A stretch of 64,000 bases of DNA from an uncultured Hyphomonadaceae bacterium. Lineage in GTDB: Bacteria; Pseudomonadota; Alphaproteobacteria; Caulobacterales; Maricaulaceae. Shown in pieces: positions 1 through 10,231 of the stretch. Within the stretch, counting starts at the first letter, position 1, and every line of letters starts with the position of its first letter. Where the stretch lies: NCBI GenBank assembly GCA_963972195.1, contig CAXATH010000005.1, positions 114,327 through 178,326 on the forward strand. The letters run 5' to 3'. The translations under genes and the position numbers were made by a program. The notes under the pieces are model-generated. The model saw only the letters and a list, made by a program, of their open reading frames with translations. It did no database searches and was not told the DNA's origin.

Positions 1-1
1 A

Positions 2-1108
2 ACGGAACAGGAGCGCTGGGAATGGAAAGAATTACAGCTTTCCAACTTTCAATATGACACGCCGCTTCTGTCTCCCGAATTCATGGATCTCGTGGCCAAG
101 TCCAGACGGGACGTCAGATGCCTTCTAGTTCGCGAAGACGACGCTCTCGTGGCGATCCTGCCAGTATTCGAAAGAAGTTTCGGCCTGATCCGACCTGTCG
201 GCGCGCCCTTTTCGGATTACGCCGCGCCGATCGTCTCCCAATACACAGACATGACATTGGAGAAAATAATTGAGCTTTCCGGATACGCCGCCTATCGCTC
301 CAACTCAGTTCTTTTGAAACCCTCCGAATTAAGCGACGTAGAAAAAGAAGCCGCGACGCGTTCTTTCGTTATTCATTTGAATGGGCAAACGGCCGAAGAA
401 CATCTGGAAACCCACCGCTCCCAACACGCGAAACGCTATAAAAATTTCCGCCGCCTGATGAACAAGCTCGAGCGTGAATGCGGAGAGATCGAGTTTGTTT
501 TTGGCGCGGCCAAGAAACTCCCGGTTGAGACTTTGTTGAATTGGAAAAGCCAGCAATTCTTGAGGGAAGGGCTCTTGGACGTTACTGCGGCCCGAAATAG
601 CGCGTCGATATTAAATCGGGTCGCCGAGTTGGAGCGCTCCGAAGATAATAACTTATCTGGCTTTATGACCTGTTTAAAAGTCAACGGAGAGATGATTGTC
701 GGTCATTTCGGGCTGCGCGATGAGTCCAATTTTCATCCGTGGATCTCCGCCTATAACCCCGAATTTGAAAGCTACAGCCCCGGCATCTTGCTCTTGTACA
801 AAGTTATTGAAGAAATGGGACAAATGGGATTGGAAAGTTACGATCTTTCCACAGGCCATGAATCCTACAAGAAGTATTTTTGCAACTCGGCCAGATATAC
901 CCGGGACGTCAATATCACGGCCCAAAGTTTCGCGGGTAGGCTGCAAAAACTCGGTTATGAAAGCTGGAATTATATCGGCGGAGAAAACCCCAATAGTCCG
1001 GCTGCCCGAATGCGGCGAAGATTTGACCACATCTTTGTGTCCGAACCGAAAGTCATCGGCCGCATGAAAGAAATACTATTCGCCTTTCTCAAAAGGAGCG
1101 GCGTGTAG
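2..1108 (+). CDS. GNAT-family acyltransferase, CelD/BcsL (HfsK-like); 5' end lies outside the window
   Basis: The frame is open from base 2 (TEQERWEWKELQ...DTPLLSPEF) through the listed ATG at 83. It has Acetyltransf_6-like motifs 'YSPGILL' and 'YDLSTGHESYKKYF'. Confidence 0.75.
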   Translation, partial: TEQERWEWKELQLSNFQYDTPLLSPEFMDLVAKSRRDVRCLLVREDDALVAILPVFERSFGLIRPVGAPFSDYAAPIVSQYTDMTLEKIIELSGYAAYRSNSVLLKPSELSDVEKEAATRSFVIHLNGQTAEEHLETHRSQHAKRYKNFRRLMNKLERECGEIEFVFGAAKKLPVETLLNWKSQQFLREGLLDVTAARNSASILNRVAELERSEDNNLSGFMTCLKVNGEMIVGHFGLRDESNFHPWISAYNPEFESYSPGILLLYKVIEEMGQMGLESYDLSTGHESYKKYFCNSARYTRDVNITAQSFAGRLQKLGYESWNYIGGENPNSPAARMRRRFDHIFVSEPKVIGRMKEILFAFLKRSGV

Positions 1109-1109
1109 G

Positions 1110-2075
1110 GTGACCCTCTCAAAACCTCCCTCAGTTGATGGCCCTGATATGCGGCATGAAAATAAAATATCGGTAGTTGTGCCCACTTACCGGCGAGCGG
1201 AGGGACTCTCAAAAACACTTGAGAGTCTCAGAACTCAAATTTTTGCTGACATCCCGGTTGAAATCGTTGTCGCGGATAACAATCCAGATGGGGAGGCCCG
1301 TGAACAAGTGGCCGTTTTTGGCCGAGCTTCCGGCGCTCAAGTCCATTACGTCCATGCTAAGATTCCGGGCGTCTCCAATGCCAGAAATGCGGCGATGGAT
1401 GTGGCTTCGGGCCGATACATTGCGTTTCTGGATGACGATCAATACGCCGCTCCAAACTGGTTGGAGGAGATGTATAAGGTCTTGAAGGTAAATAATTGCT
1501 GCGCTGTTTTCTGCCAAACCCGGGCCTGCGTGGATGAAACTTCGCCGCATAGCGATTATCTGAAACGTTTCTTTTCCAGAGACCGACCCGATCTCGAAAC
1601 CGGGAAAATCGACCGGTTTTTCGGGGCTGGTAACTCTTTAATAGATAGAGAAGCGGTCGATATGCCGTCTCCGGTGTTTAGCCTCGCCATGAATGAAACA
1701 GGCGGCGAAGACGATATATTGTTCGAGTCATTTCTAAAACAGGGCGGAGTCATGGGTTGGACCAAGGAGACCCATGTTTTTGAAGATATCCCCGCCAAAC
1801 GCCAGACAGCAAAATATATTCGCGTTCGCAGTTTTGCCTTTGGCCAGGGCCCGACCCGAAAACACGCGGATTTAGGGCCGCTTAACCTGCTCGGGATTCT
1901 GAAATGGATGTGTATCGGCGCAGCGCAATTTGTCGTTTTCGCGCCTTTAGCGGCCGTTTGCCGAATTGTGAAACCGAGTCATTACCTAGGCTTTCTGAGC
2001 AAAGCGAGTGCGGGGGCGGGGAAAGTTCTTTGGCAAAAACCCTTTCGTCCGAAACTTTACGGGGCAGGGGCGTAA
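1110..2075 (+). CDS. Family 2 glycosyltransferase (HfsL/ExoM-like)
   Basis: GT2 motifs 'VVVPTYRR', 'VVADNN', 'YIAFLDDD', 'GGEDDILF'; starts 1 nt after the upstream stop. Confidence 0.85.
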   Translation: MTLSKPPSVDGPDMRHENKISVVVPTYRRAEGLSKTLESLRTQIFADIPVEIVVADNNPDGEAREQVAVFGRASGAQVHYVHAKIPGVSNARNAAMDVASGRYIAFLDDDQYAAPNWLEEMYKVLKVNNCCAVFCQTRACVDETSPHSDYLKRFFSRDRPDLETGKIDRFFGAGNSLIDREAVDMPSPVFSLAMNETGGEDDILFESFLKQGGVMGWTKETHVFEDIPAKRQTAKYIRVRSFAFGQGPTRKHADLGPLNLLGILKWMCIGAAQFVVFAPLAAVCRIVKPSHYLGFLSKASAGAGKVLWQKPFRPKLYGAGA

Positions 2076-2234
2076 CTGCCATTGTTCAGAATTCAGGTTA
2101 TTCGGGCCTGCCAAATATCAGAACATTTCACACCCCGATTTCTTCGGAAACCGAATTTTCAACCGTTATGACTTTTTCTTCAATTTGTTCTTGCGACTTA
2201 TTATTAGTTGCGTTAGGCGCCCTCAGACGCTAAC

Positions 2235-2249
2235 TGCGAGTAATTCGCA
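2235..2249 (+). promoter_or_regulatory. Putative alphaproteobacterial Fur box
   Basis: TGCGA-GTAAT-TCGCA inverted repeat about 30 nt before a siderophore-receptor gene; resembles the Caulobacter Fur consensus. Confidence 0.65.
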
Positions 2250-2279
2250 ATATTAGAATGAAGTTTGAAGGAGAGACGT

Positions 2280-4442
2280 GTGAGTCTTCAACGCCGATTA
2301 TTGGGCACCGCTTTGGCCGCTTTGCCTATTGTATTTTTCCAGACGGTTTCAGTGCAAGCCCAAGAGGCTCCGGAACAAGACGACGAGATTGTGGTCACAG
2401 GTCGCGTCTCAACCTTTGGCGCGACAAAATCCGATATTCCGATATTGGAAACGGCGCGATCCGTCTCGGTTATCGGCGCGGATGAGTTTCTGGAGCGCGG
2501 CTCTCTGACACTCGACGACACGCTGAATTATACGGCAGGGGTCGTCGGAGATACATTTGGCTATTCCACACGCGGTGATTTCCCCCGGGTGCGGGGACTG
2601 GATGTCCCGGAATACCTCGACAATATTCAAGTCCTTTTCGGGTTCTACAACAATGCCCGTTCTGACATTTACACGCTTGAGCAGGTTGAAATCCTAAAGG
2701 GTCCGGCCTCAGTGCTTTACGGGCAAGGCTCTCCGGGCGGTATTTTAAACACCGTCAGTAAAAAGGCCGGATCGGAATATTTAGGCCGCGAAATTGTTTT
2801 GGATTACGGCACGCACAACCGGATGCAGGCCAGCACGGATATTGGAATTGACTTGTCCGGTGACGGCGAATGGACAGCGCGTTTGGTCGGGCTCATCCGC
2901 GAAAGCGACACACAAATTGACTTCGTAAATGATGATGCCATCATTTTTGCGCCGTCCGTAACATTTGAGAATGAAAACACGACTATCACGGCGCTGGTCA
3001 ACTATACCGACCGTTCCAGTGATACCGCAGGTCAATTTCTGCCCCTCTCTGTAACAGGCTGCGCGAGCGATGATGTCACAATTTCCGAGCCGAATATCTG
3101 CGCCTCTGCAACTGGCACGGAAGTCGAACCCTCTCTTTACGTTGGCAGCCCTGAATTTAATAAATACGACACGGAGTCTTTGTCTCTTACCCTCTTCGGC
3201 CAACAACGTCTGAACGATATTTTCTCTGTCGAAGGCACACTGCGTTTTCGGGATAACGAGGCGGATTATAATCAGACATGGGTGTCTTTCCTTGGAACGG
3301 GCGTGCCCCGGACAAGTGCTGACGGCACCGCTCTGGCCAGAACATGGTATCAGTCCGATGCGGGGTCTAATCAATTCGCGGCGGATACGCGGGTTCGCGC
3401 CAAGTTTGATACAGGCATTGCGTCTCATGAAGTCTTGGCCGGAATTAACTATCAGGACGTCGAAACGGAGCAGCTCGGCGCCTCTCTCTACGGACGTCCG
3501 ACGACGTTTAATCTTTACAACCCCGTCTATGATGGTTCCGAAATACCGACCAATGCCGAGTTTGATGCCCTTCGGGCGCTGACCGAAAGCGCCACAGAGA
3601 CAATCGGTTATTACGTGAATGACCAAATCAGCATCGGAAACTTTGTTTTGAATGCCGGCGTGCGGTTTGACGATTTGAAATCCGGAAACGGAACAACCAC
3701 TCAGGATGACAGCGCCACAAGCATCAGCGTTGGCGGTTTGTATAAAACCTCTTTCGGTTTGAACCCTTACGTCAATTATGCGGAGTCATTCCAAGCCACA
3801 GTCGGCGTCGACACAAATACGGGTGAAAACCTTAAGCCCCAAGAGGGCGAACAGATTGAGATCGGCGTGAAATATCATCCGGCCGGGTCACCGACCTATA
3901 TCACCGCGGCCTATTTTGATATTGAACAGTCAAACCTTCCCAATCCGCAAGCGCTGCAAAATGCGGCATCACAGCAGGAAGGTGTCGCCAAAATCAAAGG
4001 ATTCGAAGTCGAAGCCCGAACGGCCATTGGCGATCTGCATCTCGACGGGAGCTTCAGCACATTGGATACGGAAGACCCGAACGGAATTCCAATTTCCAGT
4101 ATTCCCGAAGTGCAGGGATCCGCTTGGGCGACCTGGAAACCGTCCAGCGGTCAGCTCGAAGGATTTCGTCTGGGCGCCGGCGTTCGATATGCCGGAGATA
4201 ATGAGAGCCAAGGGGTTTCCTTCCTTGCGTCCAACAACTTCCAGCCATCTGTCGTGAAAGTAGAGACGGACGGATATACCGTTTTCGACAGTCTCATCGG
4301 TTATTCCTTTGACCAAGTCGACCTGACTTTGAACGCGCGGAATTTATTCGACACGGATTACTACGGGACATGTCTGGCGCGGGGGGATTGTTTCCCGGGT
4401 GAAGGCCGTACCGTCGTCGCGCGGGCCGCCTATCGTTTCTAA
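2280..4442 (+). CDS. TonB-dependent siderophore receptor
   Basis: Signal peptide, TonB box 'EIVVTG', plug motif 'LEQVEILKGPASVLYGQGSPGG', C-terminal 'NARNLFD...YRF'. Start moved from the listed 2265 to GTG 2280, after the GGAG RBS. Confidence 0.93.
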   Translation: MSLQRRLLGTALAALPIVFFQTVSVQAQEAPEQDDEIVVTGRVSTFGATKSDIPILETARSVSVIGADEFLERGSLTLDDTLNYTAGVVGDTFGYSTRGDFPRVRGLDVPEYLDNIQVLFGFYNNARSDIYTLEQVEILKGPASVLYGQGSPGGILNTVSKKAGSEYLGREIVLDYGTHNRMQASTDIGIDLSGDGEWTARLVGLIRESDTQIDFVNDDAIIFAPSVTFENENTTITALVNYTDRSSDTAGQFLPLSVTGCASDDVTISEPNICASATGTEVEPSLYVGSPEFNKYDTESLSLTLFGQQRLNDIFSVEGTLRFRDNEADYNQTWVSFLGTGVPRTSADGTALARTWYQSDAGSNQFAADTRVRAKFDTGIASHEVLAGINYQDVETEQLGASLYGRPTTFNLYNPVYDGSEIPTNAEFDALRALTESATETIGYYVNDQISIGNFVLNAGVRFDDLKSGNGTTTQDDSATSISVGGLYKTSFGLNPYVNYAESFQATVGVDTNTGENLKPQEGEQIEIGVKYHPAGSPTYITAAYFDIEQSNLPNPQALQNAASQQEGVAKIKGFEVEARTAIGDLHLDGSFSTLDTEDPNGIPISSIPEVQGSAWATWKPSSGQLEGFRLGAGVRYAGDNESQGVSFLASNNFQPSVVKVETDGYTVFDSLIGYSFDQVDLTLNARNLFDTDYYGTCLARGDCFPGEGRTVVARAAYRF

Positions 4443-4455
4443 TTAAAAGTTTTTC

Positions 4456-4481
4456 GGCCTTCGCTTTATGGCGGAGGCTTA
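4456..4481 (+). terminator. Hairpin after the receptor gene (terminator or mRNA stabiliser)
   Basis: GCCTTCGC-n-GCGGAGGC stem; weak U tract. Confidence 0.4.
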
Positions 4482-4509
4482 ATTAATCAGAGGGTGTTTT
4501 TGAATTGAA

Positions 4510-5106
4510 ATGACCACCGCAGATTTAATTATCGCTCTCATGGGCACAGGGCTTTCCGCCTTGGGCCTTTTCGCGCTTTACAGGGCCTGGAAAGGTCATA
4601 CGAAGAAAAAGCTTCTGAGTTATTTGGGTTGGGCGGCTCTGTTCTTCGCGGTAATCTTGTGGGCGGTTTCAGGCGGCAAGGACCGGGGCGTGGCGCTGGG
4701 CATCATCGTCATCAGTCTGCAGGCGCTTCTGTTTGTCGCCTATCAAGCCTTTATCGACAAAACGCCGAAGAAAAAGCGAAAAGCGAAAAAAGCTCGAAAA
4801 CTCTCAACGCCTGAAAAAGTGGGTTTCACCGTATTTTCTAAACGGGCCGGCAAGGCGCTTTGGGTGAGTCTGGGGTGCGGGGCTTTATCTTATCTGACAG
4901 CCATTGGGCTGCATGAGATTTTCTGGCAGTCAGGGATGCACGCCTCTAATTCGCTTGTTCTGGCGCTGTTTATTTTTCCTATTCTTTGGGCGTCGTTAAG
5001 TGCCTTGTCCCTGACCTCTCAAAAGACGGGACTGAAGCTTGGAACTTACGCCTTTCTGGGGGTAAGCAGCGCGGTCATTTTATGTCTTGGAAACGGAGTT
5101 TTGTGA
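4510..5106 (+). CDS. Multi-pass membrane protein of the iron-uptake operon
   Basis: Two hydrophobic helix clusters joined by a Lys-rich linker; its stop overlaps the next start (TGATG). Confidence 0.7.
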   Translation: MTTADLIIALMGTGLSALGLFALYRAWKGHTKKKLLSYLGWAALFFAVILWAVSGGKDRGVALGIIVISLQALLFVAYQAFIDKTPKKKRKAKKARKLSTPEKVGFTVFSKRAGKALWVSLGCGALSYLTAIGLHEIFWQSGMHASNSLVLALFIFPILWASLSALSLTSQKTGLKLGTYAFLGVSSAVILCLGNGVL

Positions 5107-6422
5107 TGCTGGAGAAAACACAATCCGCCGCTGCGGCTATGGCGCCGCCCGCGAAACCGTCTCTTGTCAAACGCGCCCTCTCAGCCCACGCAGTGATGGG
5201 CATTACGATTTCCGCCGTGCTCTACATCATTTGCCTGAGCGGAACGATCAGCGTGTTCAAAGAGGATATTCACAAGCTGGAGCAGCGCGGCGAACCCCGC
5301 GTTGCATATCTCTCGCCTGAAAGCGCGCAGCGGGCCGCCGAAGCCGGATTTAACGAAGAGCCAAGCTCTGCCCATCTCTATATTCAGATGCCGTCGAACG
5401 GCCATAGCCGCGCTTTGGTCCAGACGGATAATCAGGAACGTTACGTTGACGAGAGCGGCGCTTTGTCAGGTTCCATCGCCCATCCGTGGAGCGCCTTTCT
5501 GATAGATTTGCATTACTATCTGCATTTGCCAAAATCGTTCGGCATGATTGTCGTCGCGATATTCGGCGTCTTTTTGTTTGCCATGTCAATTTCGGGACTG
5601 CTCGCCCATCCCAATATATTCAAGGATGCCTTTTCTTTTCGCCGGTCGAAATCAGAGCAGGTTAAAAAGGTGGATTTGCATAACCGGCTGAGCGTCTGGA
5701 CGGCGCCGTTTCATATTTCCAACTCCCTGACCGGGGCGATGATCGGGCTGGCGGTTCTGTCTATCGCGGCGCTCGCCCCGCTGAAATATGGCGGCGACCA
5801 GCACGCGGTGTTCGCGCCCGTTTTCGGAGATGAGCCGGTAGTTGACGAAACGCCCGCGCCCATGGCCAATATTGATAGAGCCCTGCGTTATATGGCGGAG
5901 AACCACCCGGAGAAGCCGCCTGTCTATGTCATTCTGCACGACCCGAAAACGGCGGGGCAATATCTGCAGATCATGGCTGAGCATCCGCGCCGCCTCATCT
6001 ATGCCGAGAAATATAACTTCACCGGAGACGGAGAGTTCATTGACACAGTGGGGTCAGCGGACGGCACCATCGGACAGCAGGTCGCGGATTCGGTGTACAA
6101 GGTTCACTTCGGCCAGTTCGGCGGCCTGCCGGTCAAGCTCGCCTTCGGGATTTTCGGGATTTGCCTGCTCTATATCATCACCTCAGGCCTTCGGATTTAT
6201 TTCCTCAAGCGCCGCAATAAGGGCCGGGATGCCCCGGCGCTGGAAGGCGCGTGGAAAGGGCTGATATGGGGCGCGCCTGTGCTGATGGCGGGGAGCTTTG
6301 CCGCCTCCATGGCGCTGCCGCTCTCGACCCCGATACTCACCCGTCTGTTCTGGATAGGCCTGATTGTCTTTGCCGTGGGCGGCGCGATAATCGCCAAGCT
6401 TCAGCGGGAGGCGTCCGCTTAA
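5106..6422 (+). CDS. PepSY-associated TM helix domain protein (PiuB/FoxB-like)
   Basis: Conserved His motifs 'LSAHAVMG', 'LIDLHYYLHL', 'VDLHNRL', 'YKVHFGQFGG'. Start refined to ATG 5106. Confidence 0.9.
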   Translation: MLEKTQSAAAAMAPPAKPSLVKRALSAHAVMGITISAVLYIICLSGTISVFKEDIHKLEQRGEPRVAYLSPESAQRAAEAGFNEEPSSAHLYIQMPSNGHSRALVQTDNQERYVDESGALSGSIAHPWSAFLIDLHYYLHLPKSFGMIVVAIFGVFLFAMSISGLLAHPNIFKDAFSFRRSKSEQVKKVDLHNRLSVWTAPFHISNSLTGAMIGLAVLSIAALAPLKYGGDQHAVFAPVFGDEPVVDETPAPMANIDRALRYMAENHPEKPPVYVILHDPKTAGQYLQIMAEHPRRLIYAEKYNFTGDGEFIDTVGSADGTIGQQVADSVYKVHFGQFGGLPVKLAFGIFGICLLYIITSGLRIYFLKRRNKGRDAPALEGAWKGLIWGAPVLMAGSFAASMALPLSTPILTRLFWIGLIVFAVGGAIIAKLQREASA

Positions 6423-6533
6423 ACGGCGCACGTTATCCAACAGCGAAAATACGGCTAAATATGTGAAAGCGCTTTGCATTTTTATTCATTTTGATTAACG
6501 CTCCCTTCACCACACTTCGTTAATGATTTTGCC

Positions 6534-7328
6534 GTGACACAGCCCCTAAGCACAGATGCGACGCCAGAGACAGTTTCTGAGACGTCCCCGACCCAGCCGC
6601 TTCATATTGGCGAGAGCCTGAGAGCGCGCCGCCGCGTGCTCGATCTGAGCATAGAGGATGTCACGGACGGCACGCATATCCGCCCGGAATTTCTCAACGC
6701 CATTGAAACGCTGGATATAGAGCGCTTGCCCTCTGTCGGCTATGTGCTCGGCTATGTCCGCACCTATGCCAATTTCATCGGCATGGACGGGGCGGACGCC
6801 GTTGCGCGGTATAAGGCCGACAGCGCCGTGCCGCAAAATCTCGGCATGCGCGACCGCCCGCATTTCGTGCCCAAGCGCCGTATGCGCCTGCCTCGCGGCC
6901 TGATCCCTGCGCTCGGCGTGATCGGCTTCGCGGTCATGCTCGGCGTCTGGTATGGCGGCAATAATCAAACCGTCGCCTCCGAACCGGCTGTGGCCCCTGT
7001 CTCGACCCTCTCCGGAGAGGTGAGCGAAACTCAGGCCGCCGACCCCAATCTCATCACGCTCACCGCCACCGCGCCGAGCTGGATCGAAGTCAAAAGCCCG
7101 AGCGGCCGCACCTTGGTCAGCCGCATCTTTGTCACGGGTGAGCGCTACACCGCCCCCAAAAGCTCCGGCTATACCATTTCCGTGCGTGATTCCGGCGCGG
7201 TCAGCCTCTCTGTCGGCGCGCGGGATTACGGCCCGCTCGGCGTCGCAGGGGAGCCCCTGCGCGACGCCCCACTTTATTCGCCCTCTCTGGCCGGCACCCG
7301 CCCGACCAAGGCCGAACTGACCCAATAG
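6534..7328 (+). CDS. rodZ: RodZ-like cytoskeleton protein (HTH + TM + DUF4115)
   Basis: 'IGESLRARR', 'YVLGYVRTYANFIG', one TM helix, 'SWIEVK'; directly upstream of ispG, a conserved synteny. Confidence 0.8.
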   Translation: MTQPLSTDATPETVSETSPTQPLHIGESLRARRRVLDLSIEDVTDGTHIRPEFLNAIETLDIERLPSVGYVLGYVRTYANFIGMDGADAVARYKADSAVPQNLGMRDRPHFVPKRRMRLPRGLIPALGVIGFAVMLGVWYGGNNQTVASEPAVAPVSTLSGEVSETQAADPNLITLTATAPSWIEVKSPSGRTLVSRIFVTGERYTAPKSSGYTISVRDSGAVSLSVGARDYGPLGVAGEPLRDAPLYSPSLAGTRPTKAELTQ

Positions 7329-7375
7329 AGCCTTTTCGTCTTTATTCTGACACGTGCCCGTGGCACTAAGGCCCC

Positions 7376-8512
7376 ATGAGTTCCCAACCGACAGACATCA
7401 ATTCCATCCGCCCCTGGCGCACGATTGAGCGCCGCAAGAGCCGCAAGATCCGCGTCGGCCGCGTCGAGGTCGGAGGCGACGCGCCCATCGCCGTGCAGTC
7501 CATGACCAATACGCTGACCCATGACGTCGATGCGACGGTGGGGCAGGTGCTGGCCCTGCAAGAGGCGGGGGCCGATATTGTCCGCGTCTCCGTGCCCGAC
7601 CCGGATAGTAGCGCCGCGCTCAAATCCATCGTCGATCAGGTCCAGGTCCCCCTCGTGGCGGATATCCATTTCCATTATAAACGCGGCATAGAGGCGGCGG
7701 AAAACGGCGCGGCCTGCCTGCGCATTAATCCCGGCAATATTGGCGGGCAGTCGCGGGTGAAGGAAGTCGTCGCGGCAGCCAGAGCAAATGGCTGCTCCAT
7801 CCGTATCGGGGTGAACGGCGGCAGCTTGGAGCGCGAACTGCTGGAAAAATACGGCGAGCCTTGCCCCGACGCCATGGTCGAGAGCGCGCTGATGCATGCC
7901 CGCATGCTCGATGACGAAAATTTTCACGACTATAAAATCTCGGTCAAAGCGTCAGATATCTTTCTAACCGTTGCCGCCTATCACCAACTCGCCGACGCCA
8001 CAGACGCGCCGCTGCATCTCGGCATTACAGAGGCAGGCGGCACGCGCATCGGCACGGTCAAATCCTCTATCGGCATGGGCAATTTGCTCTGGGCGGGGAT
8101 AGGCGACACGATACGGGTCAGCCTCTCCGCCGATCCGGTGGAAGAGATCAAGGTCGGCTTCGATATGCTGAAATCGCTTGGCCTTCGGACTCGCGGCGTC
8201 AACATCATCTCCTGCCCGTCCTGCGCGCGGCAGGGCTTTAACGTCATAGAGACTGTCAAGACATTAGAAGACAGACTGGCCCATATCAGCGAGCCGATCT
8301 CGCTCTCCATCATCGGCTGCGTCGTTAACGGCCCGGGCGAAGCCATGTTCACCGATATCGGCTTTACAGGAGGCTCGGCGGGATACGGCATGATGTATCA
8401 TGCGGGGAAGAAAACCGGGAAGACCGATAATGAGGATATGATCGAGGATATCGTGCGGTCTGTGGAAGAGCGGGCTGAGGTGATTAGGGGCGCGCGTGAG
8501 GCGGCGGAGTAG
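7376..8512 (+). CDS. ispG: (E)-4-hydroxy-3-methylbut-2-enyl-diphosphate synthase
   Basis: '[10 protein letters not shown]', 'LRINPGNIG', 'LHLGITEAG', Fe-S motifs 'SCPSCAR' and '[10 protein letters not shown]'. Confidence 0.97.
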   Translation: MSSQPTDINSIRPWRTIERRKSRKIRVGRVEVGGDAPIAVQSMTNTLTHDVDATVGQVLALQEAGADIVRVSVPDPDSSAALKSIVDQVQVPLVADIHFHYKRGIEAAENGAACLRINPGNIGGQSRVKEVVAAARANGCSIRIGVNGGSLERELLEKYGEPCPDAMVESALMHARMLDDENFHDYKISVKASDIFLTVAAYHQLADATDAPLHLGITEAGGTRIGTVKSSIGMGNLLWAGIGDTIRVSLSADPVEEIKVGFDMLKSLGLRTRGVNIISCPSCARQGFNVIETVKTLEDRLAHISEPISLSIIGCVVNGPGEAMFTDIGFTGGSAGYGMMYHAGKKTGKTDNEDMIEDIVRSVEERAEVIRGAREAAE

Positions 8513-9026
8513 GCTCTAGTTTTTTTACAAGCAGTTTTTCGAGTATCTCTAAGATTTTTGATGCTGACAAATATTTTTCCCAAACCTCATCAAAAGTATG
8601 ATCCAACGATTCCGTTGCTAGGCCTTTGTGTACTATTCGGTTTCTCTCCGAGCCTATAAAAATAAAATCTTTTATTACTTTTTGTCCAGATAGGCTCTTG
8701 AATTCATCAATAATTTCAGCTTTTTTCACCGGTCCAAACAAGCCCGCAAAACTATTTATGTTTGCGGACTTCCAATTGAACATAGAATGAAATTTTCGTT
8801 CAATAGCTTGAGAGGTAATGAAGCTTATTAGGAAATCGGGAGAACCGTAGGAAATAGGCGAATCCTTCAAAAGTTTATTGAACTTTCTCTCCATTTCACC
8901 AGCTGCCGCAATTAGCAATGATTTCGTTGCGAGAGCTTCATAGGTTGTAAATTGCTCAATCCCCCCTTCTTGAAGAAGATAATTTTTAACTTCATCATGG
9001 GTTTGTTTAAGTTCTTGCAAACTCAT
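8484..9026 (-). CDS. HEPN-domain protein (RiboL-PSP/MAE_28990-like)
   Basis: Rx4H motif 'ERNRIVH'; AT-rich; overlaps the stop of the DUF262 gene by 4 nt. Confidence 0.75.
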   Translation of the reverse strand: MSLQELKQTHDEVKNYLLQEGGIEQFTTYEALATKSLLIAAAGEMERKFNKLLKDSPISYGSPDFLISFITSQAIERKFHSMFNWKSANINSFAGLFGPVKKAEIIDEFKSLSGQKVIKDFIFIGSERNRIVHKGLATESLDHTFDEVWEKYLSASKILEILEKLLVKKLEPTPPPHARP

Positions 9027-10231
9027 TTTATTATATTGGCCGCGTCAATTAAACGGCCCTTCACATTATCCTTTTGGGCACTACCTTCTAGCAGGTATTG
9101 TCGAATTTGTGTTGAAACTTCTGAAACTTGCTTGGGCGAGAAGGGTATTAACTTATCAGTATTCTTTTCATTCCAAGCCGGTAAGGTCGACGCGTAAAAT
9201 ACCGATTCAGCGGTGCCGATAGAAAATCGTCCATCAGACAGAAAATGCTCAAAGTGATCTGGAGTAATCAGATTTAAGAATTCTGAGAAAATAGACGATA
9301 CTAGTTCTATTTCTCTATCGCGGCCCAACTTATCTAACTTCTTCATATACTGCGAAAATCGATTCAAAAATTGGGTCATTGAGGGTGTGTAGTCTTCTGG
9401 ACCGTAAAACATCATTCCTAACATTCGCAACATTAGTTCCTCATCGCGACTATTATCGTCTAGGTTGGGTTTTCCTAGCATTCCACGCCAAGTTTCATTC
9501 TTGTTTAATTCGTGGATTTGGTCATAGAATGAACTGTGATATATGTTTGAACGGATCTGCTGAGGTTTTAGGTTTACCCCGCCAGTGTTAAGCCTGTCGA
9601 AAATTTCAAATACACTCGAGCTATCAGCTTCATCAGGCTCGTTTTGCTTGATAATTACGCACCTGACCGTTCGTAAGTCTAGGCTCATTTGATTCTCACC
9701 AAGAGTGTCGTATTTTTCGTTTTGCAATGGATTATTTTGCCCCTCCACATCTCGTCCAAAAAACAAGCTAAATTCAGAGAAGTAGTCGTTGTTTGCTAAA
9801 ACATCTTTTGCAAAATTATTAAACTCACCATAATTTTCGCGAAGAAATGCTCTTTTGCCTGCGCGAGGGAAACGCATTTTGTAAAAAAAATAAATTGTTA
9901 AAAGTCTTTGCTGTCCGTCTAGAATTGAATATTTATTTTTTTCTTCTTGATATAAAAAAAGCTGTGGAATGGGTAATCCTAATATTAGTGACTCGATTAG
10001 CTTTGAGGCACGTCTTCGATCCCATACGTAATTCCGCTGATACCTTGGAATAATTATTGATCCTCGCTCAATAAAGTTAATTAGCGTTGACACATTGAAA
10101 TCGTTTGGTGACGAAGTGACATCATATTTCACGATGTCTACCTGTTGTTTCTCGACATCCTCCGGCAGATCATACATCCAAGTGTCAAGTTTGTCATCAG
10201 CGCTCGGTGGCTGATTGTTCTGGTCGGTCAT
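9023..10231 (-). CDS. DUF262 (GmrSD N-terminal, ParB/Srx-like) protein
   Basis: Signature motifs 'IPRYQRNYVW', 'LDGQQRL', 'FDRLNTGG'; AT-rich. Confidence 0.88.
   Translation of the reverse strand: MTDQNNQPPSADDKLDTWMYDLPEDVEKQQVDIVKYDVTSSPNDFNVSTLINFIERGSIIIPRYQRNYVWDRRRASKLIESLILGLPIPQLFLYQEEKNKYSILDGQQRLLTIYFFYKMRFPRAGKRAFLRENYGEFNNFAKDVLANNDYFSEFSLFFGRDVEGQNNPLQNEKYDTLGENQMSLDLRTVRCVIIKQNEPDEADSSSVFEIFDRLNTGGVNLKPQQIRSNIYHSSFYDQIHELNKNETWRGMLGKPNLDDNSRDEELMLRMLGMMFYGPEDYTPSMTQFLNRFSQYMKKLDKLGRDREIELVSSIFSEFLNLITPDHFEHFLSDGRFSIGTAESVFYASTLPAWNEKNTDKLIPFSPKQVSEVSTQIRQYLLEGSAQKDNVKGRLIDAANIIK

Noticed and set aside
6497-6511. CtrA box upstream of rodZ (TTAA-N7-TTCA)
   Set aside because: One mismatch in a short AT-rich motif is too weak without data.
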